Counted from the stretch's first letter, positions 20,061 to 31,233 are shown. The stretch: 64,000 bases of DNA from an uncultured delta proteobacterium (GCA_963778655.1 CAVZVA010000010.1:1504001-1568000); one strand, 5' to 3'. Numbers and translations are program-made. Notes: a model not told the origin generated them from the letters alone.

Positions 20061-21476
20061 GTGACACGCGCGAGCTTAACGCTACTGTCTCCAATCTCTC
20101 GTGGCTGGATTGCTGTACGCCGTGGTTTCGATCAGAACGGCTTCTCGGGCTCCGACCTGCGATGCCGGCGCGGCCGCAGGAATACTCCCTGTATTGCAAG
20201 GTCGCGCAACGCCCTGAGCGGGCCCGCGCCGTGCGGAAAGGCGGCCGCGGAGAGATTGGGAACAGTGGTGTTAGACCGGCAACACGGCAGCTGCCGCTCG
20301 TTGGCGGCGGTTGCGCTGGGCGCGCTGCTGCTGGCCGCTTGCGGCGGCGACGGCGGCACGGGTACCACCAGCAGCAAGCACGCGTCGAAAGCCAAGCCCA
20401 TGCAGGACGCCTCCACCGCTGGCATGGCGGACGCGGCCGTGGAGGCGGGCAGCGCCGAGGACGCGTCCGAGCCTGTGGACGGCGGTGGCAGTAGCTATGT
20501 CCCCGGCTACATCGTGGCCGACGCGGGAGTCGACTGCGGGACTGTCGCCGCCGGTCAACTGCCCGACGATCTGGCGTGCACGGGGCTGTACACCGACGTC
20601 GCCAACAAGGACGTGGCCCCTGACGTCCACGAGTACGCGCCCGCGTACCTGCTGTGGTCGGATGGCGCAACCAAACAGCGCTGGATCTACTTGCCGCCCG
20701 ACACCCAGATCGACAACTCCAGCCCGGACGCCTGGCACTTCCCGGTGGGCACCAAGCTGTTCAAGCAGTTCAGCTGGAAGGGCCGCCGTGTCGAGACACG
20801 CATGTTCTGGAAGGCGGGGGAGGGGCGCTGGCTCAAGACCGCCTACCAGTGGAACGACGACGAGTCGGCGGCCACGCGCTTCGGCGGCGGCGATGTCGAC
20901 GTGGGCGGGGACACCTATCACATCCCGAGCCCCAAGGAGTGCGATCAGTGCCACAAGGGGCGTGATGATCGCGCGCTCGGCTTCGAGCAGGTCCTGCTCG
21001 GCCTGCCCGGCGCGACCGGGATGACGCTGTCGGAGCTGGTCCACCAGGATCTGCTCACCGATCCTCCGGTGCAGACCGAGCTCTCGATCGGCGACGACGG
21101 CACCGGCAACGCCGCGCCCGCGCTGGCGTGGCTGCACGTCAACTGCGGCGTGAGCTGCCACAATGCGAACTCCAATGCGGACGCCTACAAGACCGACATG
21201 TACCTGCGGCTGTCGGCCGACCAGCTCGACGGCAGTTCGTCCGCGGATTTCGACCCGATCAAGACCACAGTCGGCGTGGCGGCCAGGACGCCGCGCTGGT
21301 TGGGCAACGATCGCATCGTGCCTGGCTCGCCCGAGAACAGCTTGCTCTACCAGCTCGTGAGCAAGCGCGATCCAGCCAGGATGCAGGATCAGATGCCGCC
21401 GATCGCCTCCCGCGTCGTGGACAGCGACGGCATCATGGCGCTCGAGGCGTGGATCCGCAGCTTGCCCGCTCCTTAG
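20061..21476 (+). CDS. SO2930-like diheme c-type cytochrome lipoprotein; N-terminus interrupted in frame by a MITE (alternative GTG start 20265/20268)
   Basis: LLAAC lipobox; LWSDGATKQRWIYLP, FPVGT, VETR, CDQCH, CGVSCH, PGSPENSLL, QMPP. Confidence 0.85.
   Translation: MTRASLTLLSPISRGWIAVRRGFDQNGFSGSDLRCRRGRRNTPCIARSRNALSGPAPCGKAAAERLGTVVLDRQHGSCRSLAAVALGALLLAACGGDGGTGTTSSKHASKAKPMQDASTAGMADAAVEAGSAEDASEPVDGGGSSYVPGYIVADAGVDCGTVAAGQLPDDLACTGLYTDVANKDVAPDVHEYAPAYLLWSDGATKQRWIYLPPDTQIDNSSPDAWHFPVGTKLFKQFSWKGRRVETRMFWKAGEGRWLKTAYQWNDDESAATRFGGGDVDVGGDTYHIPSPKECDQCHKGRDDRALGFEQVLLGLPGATGMTLSELVHQDLLTDPPVQTELSIGDDGTGNAAPALAWLHVNCGVSCHNANSNADAYKTDMYLRLSADQLDGSSSADFDPIKTTVGVAARTPRWLGNDRIVPGSPENSLLYQLVSKRDPARMQDQMPPIASRVVDSDGIMALEAWIRSLPAP
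20079..20271. mobile_element. MITE / RPE-like element (193 bp) with TA target duplication
   Basis: 22-bp TIRs (18/22 match) ACGCTACTGTCTCCAATCTCTC ... GAGAGATTGGGAACAGTGGTGT flanked by TA. Removal restores MTRASLDRQHGSC. Confidence 0.8.
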
Positions 21477-21588
21477 TGCTCTGACCGAAGGATCTGGACC
21501 CCGCCTCGAGCCCGATCCGACGTCGACTGCCATGTCGCCGAGCCTCGAAGTGCAAAACCCTCGGCCAGCGCAGTAGAATCCCACGCCC

Positions 21589-22542
21589 ATGCCTCGGCCC
21601 CTCACGATGCTGGTACCTCGGCGGCTCGCTTGGCTGCTTGCCGCGGGGCTGGCCTGGGCGAGCGCGGGCGCCACGGCCCATGCGTACTCGGCACCGGAGG
21701 CGTTCCCGGATTCCCCGGTTGCGGGCGGCGGTGGAGGTCGCTGGTTCACCGGCTCTCCGGCGGACGGATTCGGCTGCAGCGTGTGTCACGTGGCCACACC
21801 GGGGCAGCGCGTGTTTCCTTTCTACGTGGCGGGCTTGCCGCTGGAGGGCTACGAGCTGGCGACGCGCAACGAGGTGGTGCTGAGCTGGCCCGAGTTCGCG
21901 CAGCGTTGGAAGGAGCTGCGACCCGACCCGGCGGCTGCGCCCACGCCGGATCAGCCCGGCCCGGGCGTAGGTCTGGTGGCCGAGCTGGTCGCCGAGAGCG
22001 GCAAGGCTTCGGGCACGATCGAGATCGACACCGCGTCGGCGCAGCCCGGCGAGCTGTGTGAGCAGACCCGTCCCAACCTGCAGCCGCGGCTGGGGGTCAA
22101 GCTGTATCAGGTTCGCCCCGGCCTCGATCCGGTGCTGTTGAAGCCCGACTCGACCGGCCTGCTACGCTGCGACTCGCGGCTGCTGGGGCAGCGTTGCATC
22201 CTCGCGCTGAGCTCCTGCGGCGCGCAGCAGATTCGCTTCACCTGGACCTCTCCTCCCACCGCCGAGGGACCGATCTGGTTTTCCGCCGGGTTCGTCGCCA
22301 CCGAGTCGCTGTCCCGCACGCCCGACCACGACTCCGAGCAGGAGATCGCGCTGCCCCTGGTGCAGGCCGGCACGCCCAGCGCCACCTACCGCGAGACGCT
22401 GCAGAATGCCTGCGCGCTGGTCCGCGCCCGCTCCCGTCCCGGCTCGCGCGTGCTCGCGCTCGGCCTCGGCTTGTTCGTGGTCGTGCTGGTCGGGCGCCGC
22501 TCCCAATCGCGCGCGCGGCGGCGTGCACGGGGGCATGCTTGA
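21589..22542 (+). CDS. Exported Reeler-like protein with CxxCH and a C-terminal MYXO-CTERM-like anchor
   Basis: Signal peptide ending AHA; TGSPADGFGCSVCH; FTWTSP; C-terminal Cys...hydrophobic helix...Arg cluster. Confidence 0.65.
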   Translation: MPRPLTMLVPRRLAWLLAAGLAWASAGATAHAYSAPEAFPDSPVAGGGGGRWFTGSPADGFGCSVCHVATPGQRVFPFYVAGLPLEGYELATRNEVVLSWPEFAQRWKELRPDPAAAPTPDQPGPGVGLVAELVAESGKASGTIEIDTASAQPGELCEQTRPNLQPRLGVKLYQVRPGLDPVLLKPDSTGLLRCDSRLLGQRCILALSSCGAQQIRFTWTSPPTAEGPIWFSAGFVATESLSRTPDHDSEQEIALPLVQAGTPSATYRETLQNACALVRARSRPGSRVLALGLGLFVVVLVGRRSQSRARRRARGHA

Positions 22543-23288
22543 TGCCCGTGCGCAAGCGTGCACGCCTGGCACCGCTCGGGCGCCCAGCCGCTGCGGTGGC
22601 AACTGCGCTGCTGTGCCTCGCGCTCGGTTGCGCTGAGAAGCCGCGCGAGATCACCCCGTCCGCCTATCCGAGCGCGGGCCTGTACACGCCGGGCAACACG
22701 CTCGGCGCGGGTGATCCGACCGACATGCCCGCGGCGAACATGGGGCTCGGCAATCGCTGCAAGCAGCTCGCGGGCGTGAGCGACGGCGGCGCGGCCGCGC
22801 AGGCGACCCCGGGAACGCTGCAGGTGCACTACACGACGCAGTCGCAGCAAGGGCGCTACGCGCCCAAGAACTGCAGCGCGGTGTGGGTCGAGACCCCCGA
22901 CGGCCAATACGTCGCGACGCTGGAGATCGCCTGCGCGCTGCGCCGCCCCGGGCTGGTCTACTGGGAGGACCACACCTGCATCGAAAAGCCCGGCCCGGAC
23001 GTGGTTACTTCCGCCTCCCTGCCCGATCACACCAAACCCCACTCCGCGATGTGGAACGGCGTGGACTTCGCGGGCGACCCCGTGCCCGACGGGCCTTACA
23101 AGCTCTTCATCGAGGTCACCGAGTCGGACAAGGAGCCGGGCGACTTCGTCACCTTCGATTTCGACAAGGGACCGTCGTCGTGGAGCCTCATGCCCGCCGT
23201 GGCTTTCGACGGCCCGCTGCAGGAGATCACGCTGGCGTGGAACGTGAAGCAAGAGGGGGGCTCGAGTGGCGCTGCCGGCGCGCACTGA
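22542..23288 (+). CDS. DUF2271 family lipoprotein (putative FMN-modified)
   Basis: LALGC; YAPKN..AVWVE; DVVTSAS; WNGVD..G..VPDGPYKLFIEVTE. Confidence 0.8.
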   Translation: MPVRKRARLAPLGRPAAAVATALLCLALGCAEKPREITPSAYPSAGLYTPGNTLGAGDPTDMPAANMGLGNRCKQLAGVSDGGAAAQATPGTLQVHYTTQSQQGRYAPKNCSAVWVETPDGQYVATLEIACALRRPGLVYWEDHTCIEKPGPDVVTSASLPDHTKPHSAMWNGVDFAGDPVPDGPYKLFIEVTESDKEPGDFVTFDFDKGPSSWSLMPAVAFDGPLQEITLAWNVKQEGGSSGAAGAH

Positions 23289-23301
23289 GCACCGCCCGGG
23301 T

Positions 23302-24435
23302 ATGCGCGCGCGCCGCTGGCTAAAGGCCGGCGGCCTGGCCACCGCGTTGCTGCTGTGCGCGCTGCCGCTGCGGGCGCAGGAGGCCGATCAGACCACGGCA
23401 TCGACCTCGCTCTACGTGCGCACCGACAGCGACCACACCACCGTGATCACGCCGCGCGTTCATGCGGGCGCGCCGGTCGCCGATCAGACGCGAGTCGATC
23501 TAGTCTACACCGCGGACATCTGGACCAGCGCCTCGATCGACATCCGCACCTCCGCCTCGAAGGCGGTGACCGAGCAGCGCGACGAGATCGACGTGACCGT
23601 GCAGCACGCGTTTCCCGATCTCACCGTCGGCGGAACCTACCGCTACTCCAAGGAGCCCGACTACGAGTCGCACGGCGGCGTGCTGGGCGGTAGCTATGAC
23701 TTCGCCGACAAGAGCGCGAGCCTGGGCGTGACCGCGCGCGCCTATTTCGACCAGGTCGGCCGGGCGGGCGACCCGGAGTTCTCGCGCGCCAGCTCGATGC
23801 TGAGCGCGCGCACCTCCTTGACCCAGGTGATCGACCCCAAGACGTTTGCCAGCCTCACCTACGAGCTCAGCCGCCAGCAGGGCTACCTCTCCAGTCCTTA
23901 CCGTTACGTGCGCATCGCGAACGACGCAGGAGACTTGCCGAGCACCTGCGTGTACCCGGTCAAGATGTGCGCGCTGGAGAACAACCCGGGCTCGCGCCTG
24001 CGCCACGCCGTCGCGCTCAACGCGCGCCGCGCGCTCAGCGGCAGCATCTCGCTCGGCGCCAGCTATCGCTTCTACCTGGACGACTGGGGCGTGATCTCGC
24101 ACACGGCCGCGATCGACGCTGCGTGGATTCCGGGCGAGGGCTGGCTGCTGTCGTTCGGCTACCGCTTCTATCATCAGAGCGCGGCCTCCCACTATCAGCC
24201 CTTCTACGCGCCGATGCCGATGCCCACGTACTTCACCAACGACAAGGAGCTGACCTCACTGTCGTCTCACCGCATCGAGCTCGAGGTCTCGCGCGCGTTC
24301 CGGCTCGACGATCTCGGCAGCGAGCTGCGCGCCGTGCTGCTGGCCGCGCCCTCGTACTACACCTACGACGACTTTCTGCCGCTCGATCACATCAGCGCGC
24401 TGGACGTGACCGTGGCGCTGGAGGTCAAGCTGTGA
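23302..24435 (+). CDS. DUF3570 family outer-membrane beta-barrel protein
   Basis: Signal peptide; DIWTSAS, SKEPDYES, GYLSSPYR, E..PGSRLR, YRFYLDDWGV.SHT, YRFYHQSAA, DKEL; amphipathic C-terminus VALEVKL. Confidence 0.85.
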   Translation: MRARRWLKAGGLATALLLCALPLRAQEADQTTASTSLYVRTDSDHTTVITPRVHAGAPVADQTRVDLVYTADIWTSASIDIRTSASKAVTEQRDEIDVTVQHAFPDLTVGGTYRYSKEPDYESHGGVLGGSYDFADKSASLGVTARAYFDQVGRAGDPEFSRASSMLSARTSLTQVIDPKTFASLTYELSRQQGYLSSPYRYVRIANDAGDLPSTCVYPVKMCALENNPGSRLRHAVALNARRALSGSISLGASYRFYLDDWGVISHTAAIDAAWIPGEGWLLSFGYRFYHQSAASHYQPFYAPMPMPTYFTNDKELTSLSSHRIELEVSRAFRLDDLGSELRAVLLAAPSYYTYDDFLPLDHISALDVTVALEVKL

Positions 24436-25433
24436 CCCGCGCTGCTTGCGCACGGCCGCTACTGCCGCTCGTCCTGACGGCGCTGCTCGCGCTGTGTCCC
24501 GGCTCGGCGCGCGCGCAAGCCGGCGGCGAGCCGGAGTCCGAGCCCGATCAGGTGCAGCCCGAGCAAGCGGAGCAGGCCGACACGAGCGGCGCCGGCGAGC
24601 CGGCGCAGGCGCCGGCGGCGTCCGAGTCCACGCCCGAAGCCGCCGCCGAGCCTGCCGAGCCCGCGCCGGCCGAGGCGGAGCCCGCGGCGGAACCGTCCCC
24701 GGAGGCTGCCGCAGCGCCCGTCCCCGCTGCACCCGCGGCGGCGGTCTCGGGCCGCGCGCTCTCGCTGTACGCGGGCGCGGGCCTCGGCCTGGGCACGCTC
24801 TCGTTCGAGCGGCCCACCGCCGAAGGCGTGCAGGTCTTGCCCCAGACCTCTTTCGCCGCCGCGGAGCTGGTGTTGCGCATGCACGCCTGGCCGAAGAAGC
24901 GGCTCTCGCTCGAGGCGCTGCTCTCGTACCAGTCTTCGATCGGGCTGGTGCTGCAGGCTGCACCGCTGTTCGCGCTGCCCCAGAACGTTGACGTACGCTG
25001 GCAGCGTGTCGAGCTCGGCGCGGCGCCGCGCCTGCGTCTGGGCGACGCCGCGCACGCGCCTTCGCTCGCCCTTGCCCTGGGCTTCGTGCTGCGCTCGCTG
25101 TTCCCGGGCGTGCACCAGTTCAGCGTGCCCAAGTACCAACTCGGCAGCGTCGCGCTGCGCCCGGAGCTGCTGCTCCCGTTGGGCGATCTGGTGCGCTTGC
25201 GGGTGGGACCCGAAGCGGAATGGATGATGTTGATCACCGCCGCGCTGCGCAGCGAGGGCGCGTGCTGCCAGGGACTGGCGGTCGGCGGCCGCGGCTCGGT
25301 GGAGGCCAGCGTGGGCAGGACCATCCGCATCGCGCTCGCCTACGGCGAGTCGCACGGTTTCATCCCCGCGGGCAGCTGGCGTTTCATGGACGTGGAGCGC
25401 TTCTTGACCGCGCGCATCGCCGGGGAGCTATGA
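24432..25433 (+). CDS. Putative outer-membrane beta-barrel with Pro/Glu/Ala-rich N-terminal linker
   Basis: GTGA overlap; signal peptide ending ARA; alternating hydrophobic strands; C-terminal FLTARIAGEL. Confidence 0.65.
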   Translation: MTRAACARPLLPLVLTALLALCPGSARAQAGGEPESEPDQVQPEQAEQADTSGAGEPAQAPAASESTPEAAAEPAEPAPAEAEPAAEPSPEAAAAPVPAAPAAAVSGRALSLYAGAGLGLGTLSFERPTAEGVQVLPQTSFAAAELVLRMHAWPKKRLSLEALLSYQSSIGLVLQAAPLFALPQNVDVRWQRVELGAAPRLRLGDAAHAPSLALALGFVLRSLFPGVHQFSVPKYQLGSVALRPELLLPLGDLVRLRVGPEAEWMMLITAALRSEGACCQGLAVGGRGSVEASVGRTIRIALAYGESHGFIPAGSWRFMDVERFLTARIAGEL

Positions 25434-25434
25434 C

Positions 25435-25926
25435 GTGAAACGATTCTCGCGTGCAGGGATCGGTCTGCTCTTGCTGGCGGGCCTGGGGTGTAAGAGCGGG
25501 GACGACAAGGCCGTGTTCGCGCACCGCGAGTTCCAGCAATTCCAGCACGAGGTGTACCCTGTGCTGTTGCGCGATTGCGCCTTTCAGGCCTGTCACGGCG
25601 CGCCGGCGCGCTTCTTTCGCGTGTGGGGTCCGGGCCGCGCCCGCCTACCGACTCCGATGGGGCTTCCGGACGAGTTCGACCAGCCCACGGTCGACGAGAT
25701 CTCGGCCACGGAATCACTGGCGCTTTCAATGATCGACGATGGTGACCCGGGGCGATCGCTGCTGCTGCGCAAGCCGCTCGCGGTCGCGGCCGGAGGCTCG
25801 GGTCACCTCGGCGTGGACAAGCACGGGCGCGACATCTACCGCACTGCGCAGGACAGCGGCTACCTCACGATCGCGCGCTGGGTCTACGGCACGCCTACCA
25901 TGACCTCCGGGTCTGGTTCACACTGA
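25435..25926 (+). CDS. Small lipoprotein with atypical CX4CH heme-like motif
   Basis: LAGLGC; FQHEVYPVLLRDCAFQACH; SLLLRKP; GHLG; IARW. Confidence 0.7.
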   Translation: MKRFSRAGIGLLLLAGLGCKSGDDKAVFAHREFQQFQHEVYPVLLRDCAFQACHGAPARFFRVWGPGRARLPTPMGLPDEFDQPTVDEISATESLALSMIDDGDPGRSLLLRKPLAVAAGGSGHLGVDKHGRDIYRTAQDSGYLTIARWVYGTPTMTSGSGSH

Positions 25927-25935
25927 AAGTCTCTC

Positions 25936-26691
25936 ATGTCACGCGTCGAAGCGATGCCCCGCCCGCGTAGCGCCTGGTTGGCGGCTGCGTTGCTGCTGCT
26001 CGCAGGGCCGGCGTGCAATCGGCTCGACCCGTGCGGGGTGCCCGGCGTGGTCAAGCTGTGCCCGTGCGCCTCGGGCGCGCAGGGCGCGCAGATCTGCCGC
26101 AACGACAAGAGCTGGGGCGCCTGCGACTGCAGCGGCGTGATCGGCCTGCCCACGCCGGGTGGCGCGCAGGCTGGCGGCAGCGGCGGTCACGGCGGCACGG
26201 GTGAAGGAGGCGTCGGCGGAAACAGCGTGCTGCCGGGCAGCGGGGGCGCGCCGCCGACGCAGAGCGACGAGGACGCGGGCGAGGTGCCGATGTCCCAGCC
26301 GGACGCGGGCGGCGCGGGCGGCGCCTCGGGCGCGGGCGGCGCGAGCGGCGCGAGCGGCGCAGGGGCCGGCGGCGCGGCTGGCGGTCCGCCGGTGTCGACG
26401 GCCGCGGCCTACGGCGGCTGCACCACTGCCGCCGACTGCACGGCCGGCGCGCAGTGCATCATGACCGCGAGCTTTCCCAGCACCTACAGCGTGTGCGCGC
26501 CGCCCTGCGTCGACGTCGGCGAATGCCCCGTGCCCGAGGGCAGCTACGAAGCGGTGCTCACCTGCGTCACCGGCTATTGCCAGCTCGACTGCACGCCGGT
26601 GCTGTTCGCACCGCTGCTGAGCTGTCCCACCGGCATGACCTGCGTCGCGCCCCTGCTCGGCAACTCGTACTGCCACGACGACGGTATGTGA
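25936..26691 (+). CDS. Cys-rich, Gly-rich lipoprotein
   Basis: Lipobox GPAC; C.C..G..G.Q.C....WGACDC module; C-terminal Cys cluster. Confidence 0.75.
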   Translation: MSRVEAMPRPRSAWLAAALLLLAGPACNRLDPCGVPGVVKLCPCASGAQGAQICRNDKSWGACDCSGVIGLPTPGGAQAGGSGGHGGTGEGGVGGNSVLPGSGGAPPTQSDEDAGEVPMSQPDAGGAGGASGAGGASGASGAGAGGAAGGPPVSTAAAYGGCTTAADCTAGAQCIMTASFPSTYSVCAPPCVDVGECPVPEGSYEAVLTCVTGYCQLDCTPVLFAPLLSCPTGMTCVAPLLGNSYCHDDGM

Positions 26692-26712
26692 GCGCCGCGT
26701 ATCGCCTGCGCG

Positions 26713-28833
26713 TCAGCGCCGCGGGCGGGCGGCTCGCGTCGGCGCGCGCGCCTGCACGCTCACGCGGTCGACCGCCAGCTCGTCTTGCTCGTAGCGCACC
26801 TCGAGCGCGAGCGGCGCCGGCTGGCGCAGCGTGAAGTCGACGGCCAGCGGCGCCAGCGCCGTGGCGAAGGGCAGGGCGCTCTTGCCGCAGCGCAGGCGCG
26901 CGGATCGGGAGGGCTGGCCGCCCGCGCGCACGGCCACTTTGCCCGGTTCTTCGCCCGGCAGCCCGTGGCAGCGGTAACGCACCCAGAAGCTGACGCGGTA
27001 GGCGCCGGCTGGGAGCTCCGGGGTGAGCGCGTGGGCCAGGCTGAAGCTCTCGGCCTTTTCCCACAGCCGCGGCTCGACCCGCCGCAGCGCGTGCCCCGAG
27101 GCGCGCGCGTCCGCGGCCAGCGTGAAGTCGCGATCGCTTGCCATCTGCTCGGCTTCGAAGGTGAGTGGCCCGCGCGCGAGCACAGAGGCGAGCGCGCCGC
27201 TGGCGAAGGGCGCCTCGGCCAGATGGCCGAAGAAGGCGTAGGCGCCGCCGGCGCGCACCACGCGGATGCCGTGGCGCGGTCCGAGCTCGCGCGGCAGCAC
27301 GCCCTCGCTGACCCACGCATCGAAGGGCCCGCCGGCCGCGTGCGGGCTCTGCCAGGGCGGCGTGGTCTCGCGCGAGCCGGGGCCGAAGAAGGTGTTGCGC
27401 GCGTAGGAGTGCATGTCCATGCGCGCGTCGACCGCGACGTGGTGCGCGCCCAGGCGCTGCAGCGCGAGGCCCAGCACCGACAGCGGATCGCTTTCGCTGG
27501 CGCGATAGGCGGGCCGCGCCAGCGTCCCCGAAAGCAGCAGCGCGCCGAGCGCGGCGCCCACGCCGAGCAGGGGCCCGCGCGGCATCGGCAGCTCGCGCGC
27601 GCCCCAGGCGATCGCCGCCGACAGCAGGACCGCGAGCGCCAGACCCGGCAGCAGCTCGTGGGTGGCCACCGCCAGCGAGTACACCAGGCCCGCGGCGCCC
27701 GCCGCCGCGGCCAGCTGCCGCGTGCGCTCGGGCGGCGGCCCGCTGATCGCGGCCTCGAAGCAGCACGCCGCCAGAAACGCCTGGCCGAGCGCGAGCGGCG
27801 GCACGAAGGAGAGCGCGTACCAGGGCAAGATGGCGCGCGAGCCGACGCCGAACGCGAGCCACGCACAGCCCAGCCAGAGCGCGATCAGCCGTGCCGGGGC
27901 GCGGTCGGCGGCGGCCTCGCGCGGCGGCGTCCACAGCAGCAAGAGCAGCCCCAGCACCGAGATCTGCCAGCACATCGGCACGGCGTCGAGGTCGAGCTGG
28001 TCCTCGATACGGTTGAGGTAGTTCTGGTGGTGGATGCCGTTGAAACCGGTCACGCGCGAGACGATCGCGTGCTGCCACAGCACGTCCTGCAGCGCCGGGC
28101 CCACCTTGCGATAGAGCGCGATAAGCCACGTCACGGCGACCACGAACGGCAGTCCCAGCGCGGGCAGCGTGCGCGCCATCAGCACCCCGAGCCGCTCGCG
28201 GCGCAGCTCGCTCAGCTCGATCAGCACGATCGGCACCACCGCCAGCGCGCACACCAGCTGCTTGAGCATGAAGGCGGCGGCGATCGCGAGGCCGGTCGCG
28301 AACGCCCAGCCGAGTCGTCCGGCCCCCGCGCTGCGGCGCGCGCGCGCGTGCGCGTACAGGGCCGCGAGCACCAGGCACACCAGCGGCGCCTCGATCGTGG
28401 CGGTGCGGCCGAAGTGATAGGCTCCGTGCGAGATCAGCCACGCCGCGCCCCAGGCGAAGCCCAGCCAGGTGCCGCGCCGGCCGGGCTCGAGCAGGCGGCC
28501 GAACGCCAGCGCGAGCAGCGCGGTCAGCAGGGTCGCCAGCGCGAACGGCAGCCGCAAGGCGAACAGCGACGGCCCCAGCAGGCGAAAGCTCGCCGCGACC
28601 AGCCAGACCGAAAGCGGCGGCTTGGAGAACTTGACCGCGCCGACCGGGAACTTGCCCTGCGCGTTGACGACGTGCAGCCAGGTGTCGTAGTGCAGCGCGG
28701 TGCGGCCGTACATGCCGTACAGGCCTTCGTCGTAGACCTCGAGCATGCCGTTGCCGAGGCGGTCGAAGACCAGCAGGGCGCCCAGCAGCAACAGCGAGAG
28801 CAGCGCCAGCCGGAAGTGTCGGCGCTCGCTCAT
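26713..28833 (-). CDS. ArnT/PMT_2-like GT-C glycosyltransferase
   Basis: TM1 then YDEGLY; FSKPPL; ALRLP; GRTATIE; LKQ; many TM helices. Start may be 28911. Confidence 0.82.
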   Translation of the reverse strand: MSERRHFRLALLSLLLLGALLVFDRLGNGMLEVYDEGLYGMYGRTALHYDTWLHVVNAQGKFPVGAVKFSKPPLSVWLVAASFRLLGPSLFALRLPFALATLLTALLALAFGRLLEPGRRGTWLGFAWGAAWLISHGAYHFGRTATIEAPLVCLVLAALYAHARARRSAGAGRLGWAFATGLAIAAAFMLKQLVCALAVVPIVLIELSELRRERLGVLMARTLPALGLPFVVAVTWLIALYRKVGPALQDVLWQHAIVSRVTGFNGIHHQNYLNRIEDQLDLDAVPMCWQISVLGLLLLLWTPPREAAADRAPARLIALWLGCAWLAFGVGSRAILPWYALSFVPPLALGQAFLAACCFEAAISGPPPERTRQLAAAAGAAGLVYSLAVATHELLPGLALAVLLSAAIAWGARELPMPRGPLLGVGAALGALLLSGTLARPAYRASESDPLSVLGLALQRLGAHHVAVDARMDMHSYARNTFFGPGSRETTPPWQSPHAAGGPFDAWVSEGVLPRELGPRHGIRVVRAGGAYAFFGHLAEAPFASGALASVLARGPLTFEAEQMASDRDFTLAADARASGHALRRVEPRLWEKAESFSLAHALTPELPAGAYRVSFWVRYRCHGLPGEEPGKVAVRAGGQPSRSARLRCGKSALPFATALAPLAVDFTLRQPAPLALEVRYEQDELAVDRVSVQARAPTRAARPRR

Positions 28834-29067
28834 CCGGGGGGCTCGGAGGCGCGCCGGCGGCTCGGGCCCGCGCGGCGGCCGCTGGCGGCTCTGGGCGGCA
28901 TGACCGGCCATGTAACGCAGGCGGCCGGACGATGGAAGCGCCCGGCTGCAGCGTTTGTTTCCAATCACCCGCCCGCGCGCGCCAGCGTGGCGTCTGGGCC
29001 GCCGTCCTAGTACCATGCGGGCCGCGCGCAAGCGTATCGGTGCGCGCATGCCACGCGGGGTGCGGCG

Positions 29068-30767
<1,700 letters not shown>

Positions 30768-30768
<1 letters not shown>

Positions 30769-30945
30769 GATCCGAGCACAAATAAGCTGCTCAGTTGCGG
30801 CTCGTGGGCGGGCGCGTTCGCGGCTTTCGTCCTCGAAAGAATCCTCGAGATACATCGAGTATTCCTGTGGTTTTTTCTGCGGGCACGCTCGCGATCGCAC
30901 TGCGCCGACAAGTCGGCCGTGAGCAGGTTATTTGTGCTCGGCCCC
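30768..30945. mobile_element. MITE (178 bp) with 26-bp TIRs and TTA target duplication
   Basis: GGATCCGAGCACAAATAAGCTGCTCA versus reverse-complemented right end GGGGCCGAGCACAAATAACCTGCTCA (3 mismatches); TTA at 30765-67 and 30946-48. Confidence 0.85.
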
Positions 30946-31098
30946 TTAGGGCTGTCCCTGATTGCGCTGGCTACTGCGTCCGAAGATCGCCGCGCTCTCG
31001 GCGTGTAGCCGCCGGCAGGTTGCGCGCGCCCATTGCTATTTAATCAAAGGCTGCGATGCTTGCCCGTGGCGGCGTCGGCCGTCGCGGCGGAGGTCACG

Positions 31099-31233
31099 AT
31101 GGGCGACAAGTCACCGAAGGCGAAGCAACGCGGCCAAAAGCAAAAGGAAGCGTTGAAGCAGCAGAACGTCTCCAAAGCGAAAGCGAAACAGGTCGGGCAG
31201 GCGCAGCAAGCGTCGGCTCGAGGCAAGAAGTAG
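31099..31233 (+). CDS. Small Lys/Gln-rich protein (44 aa)
   Basis: GGAGG RBS; MGDKSPKAKQRGQKQK...GKK. Confidence 0.7.
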   Translation: MGDKSPKAKQRGQKQKEALKQQNVSKAKAKQVGQAQQASARGKK

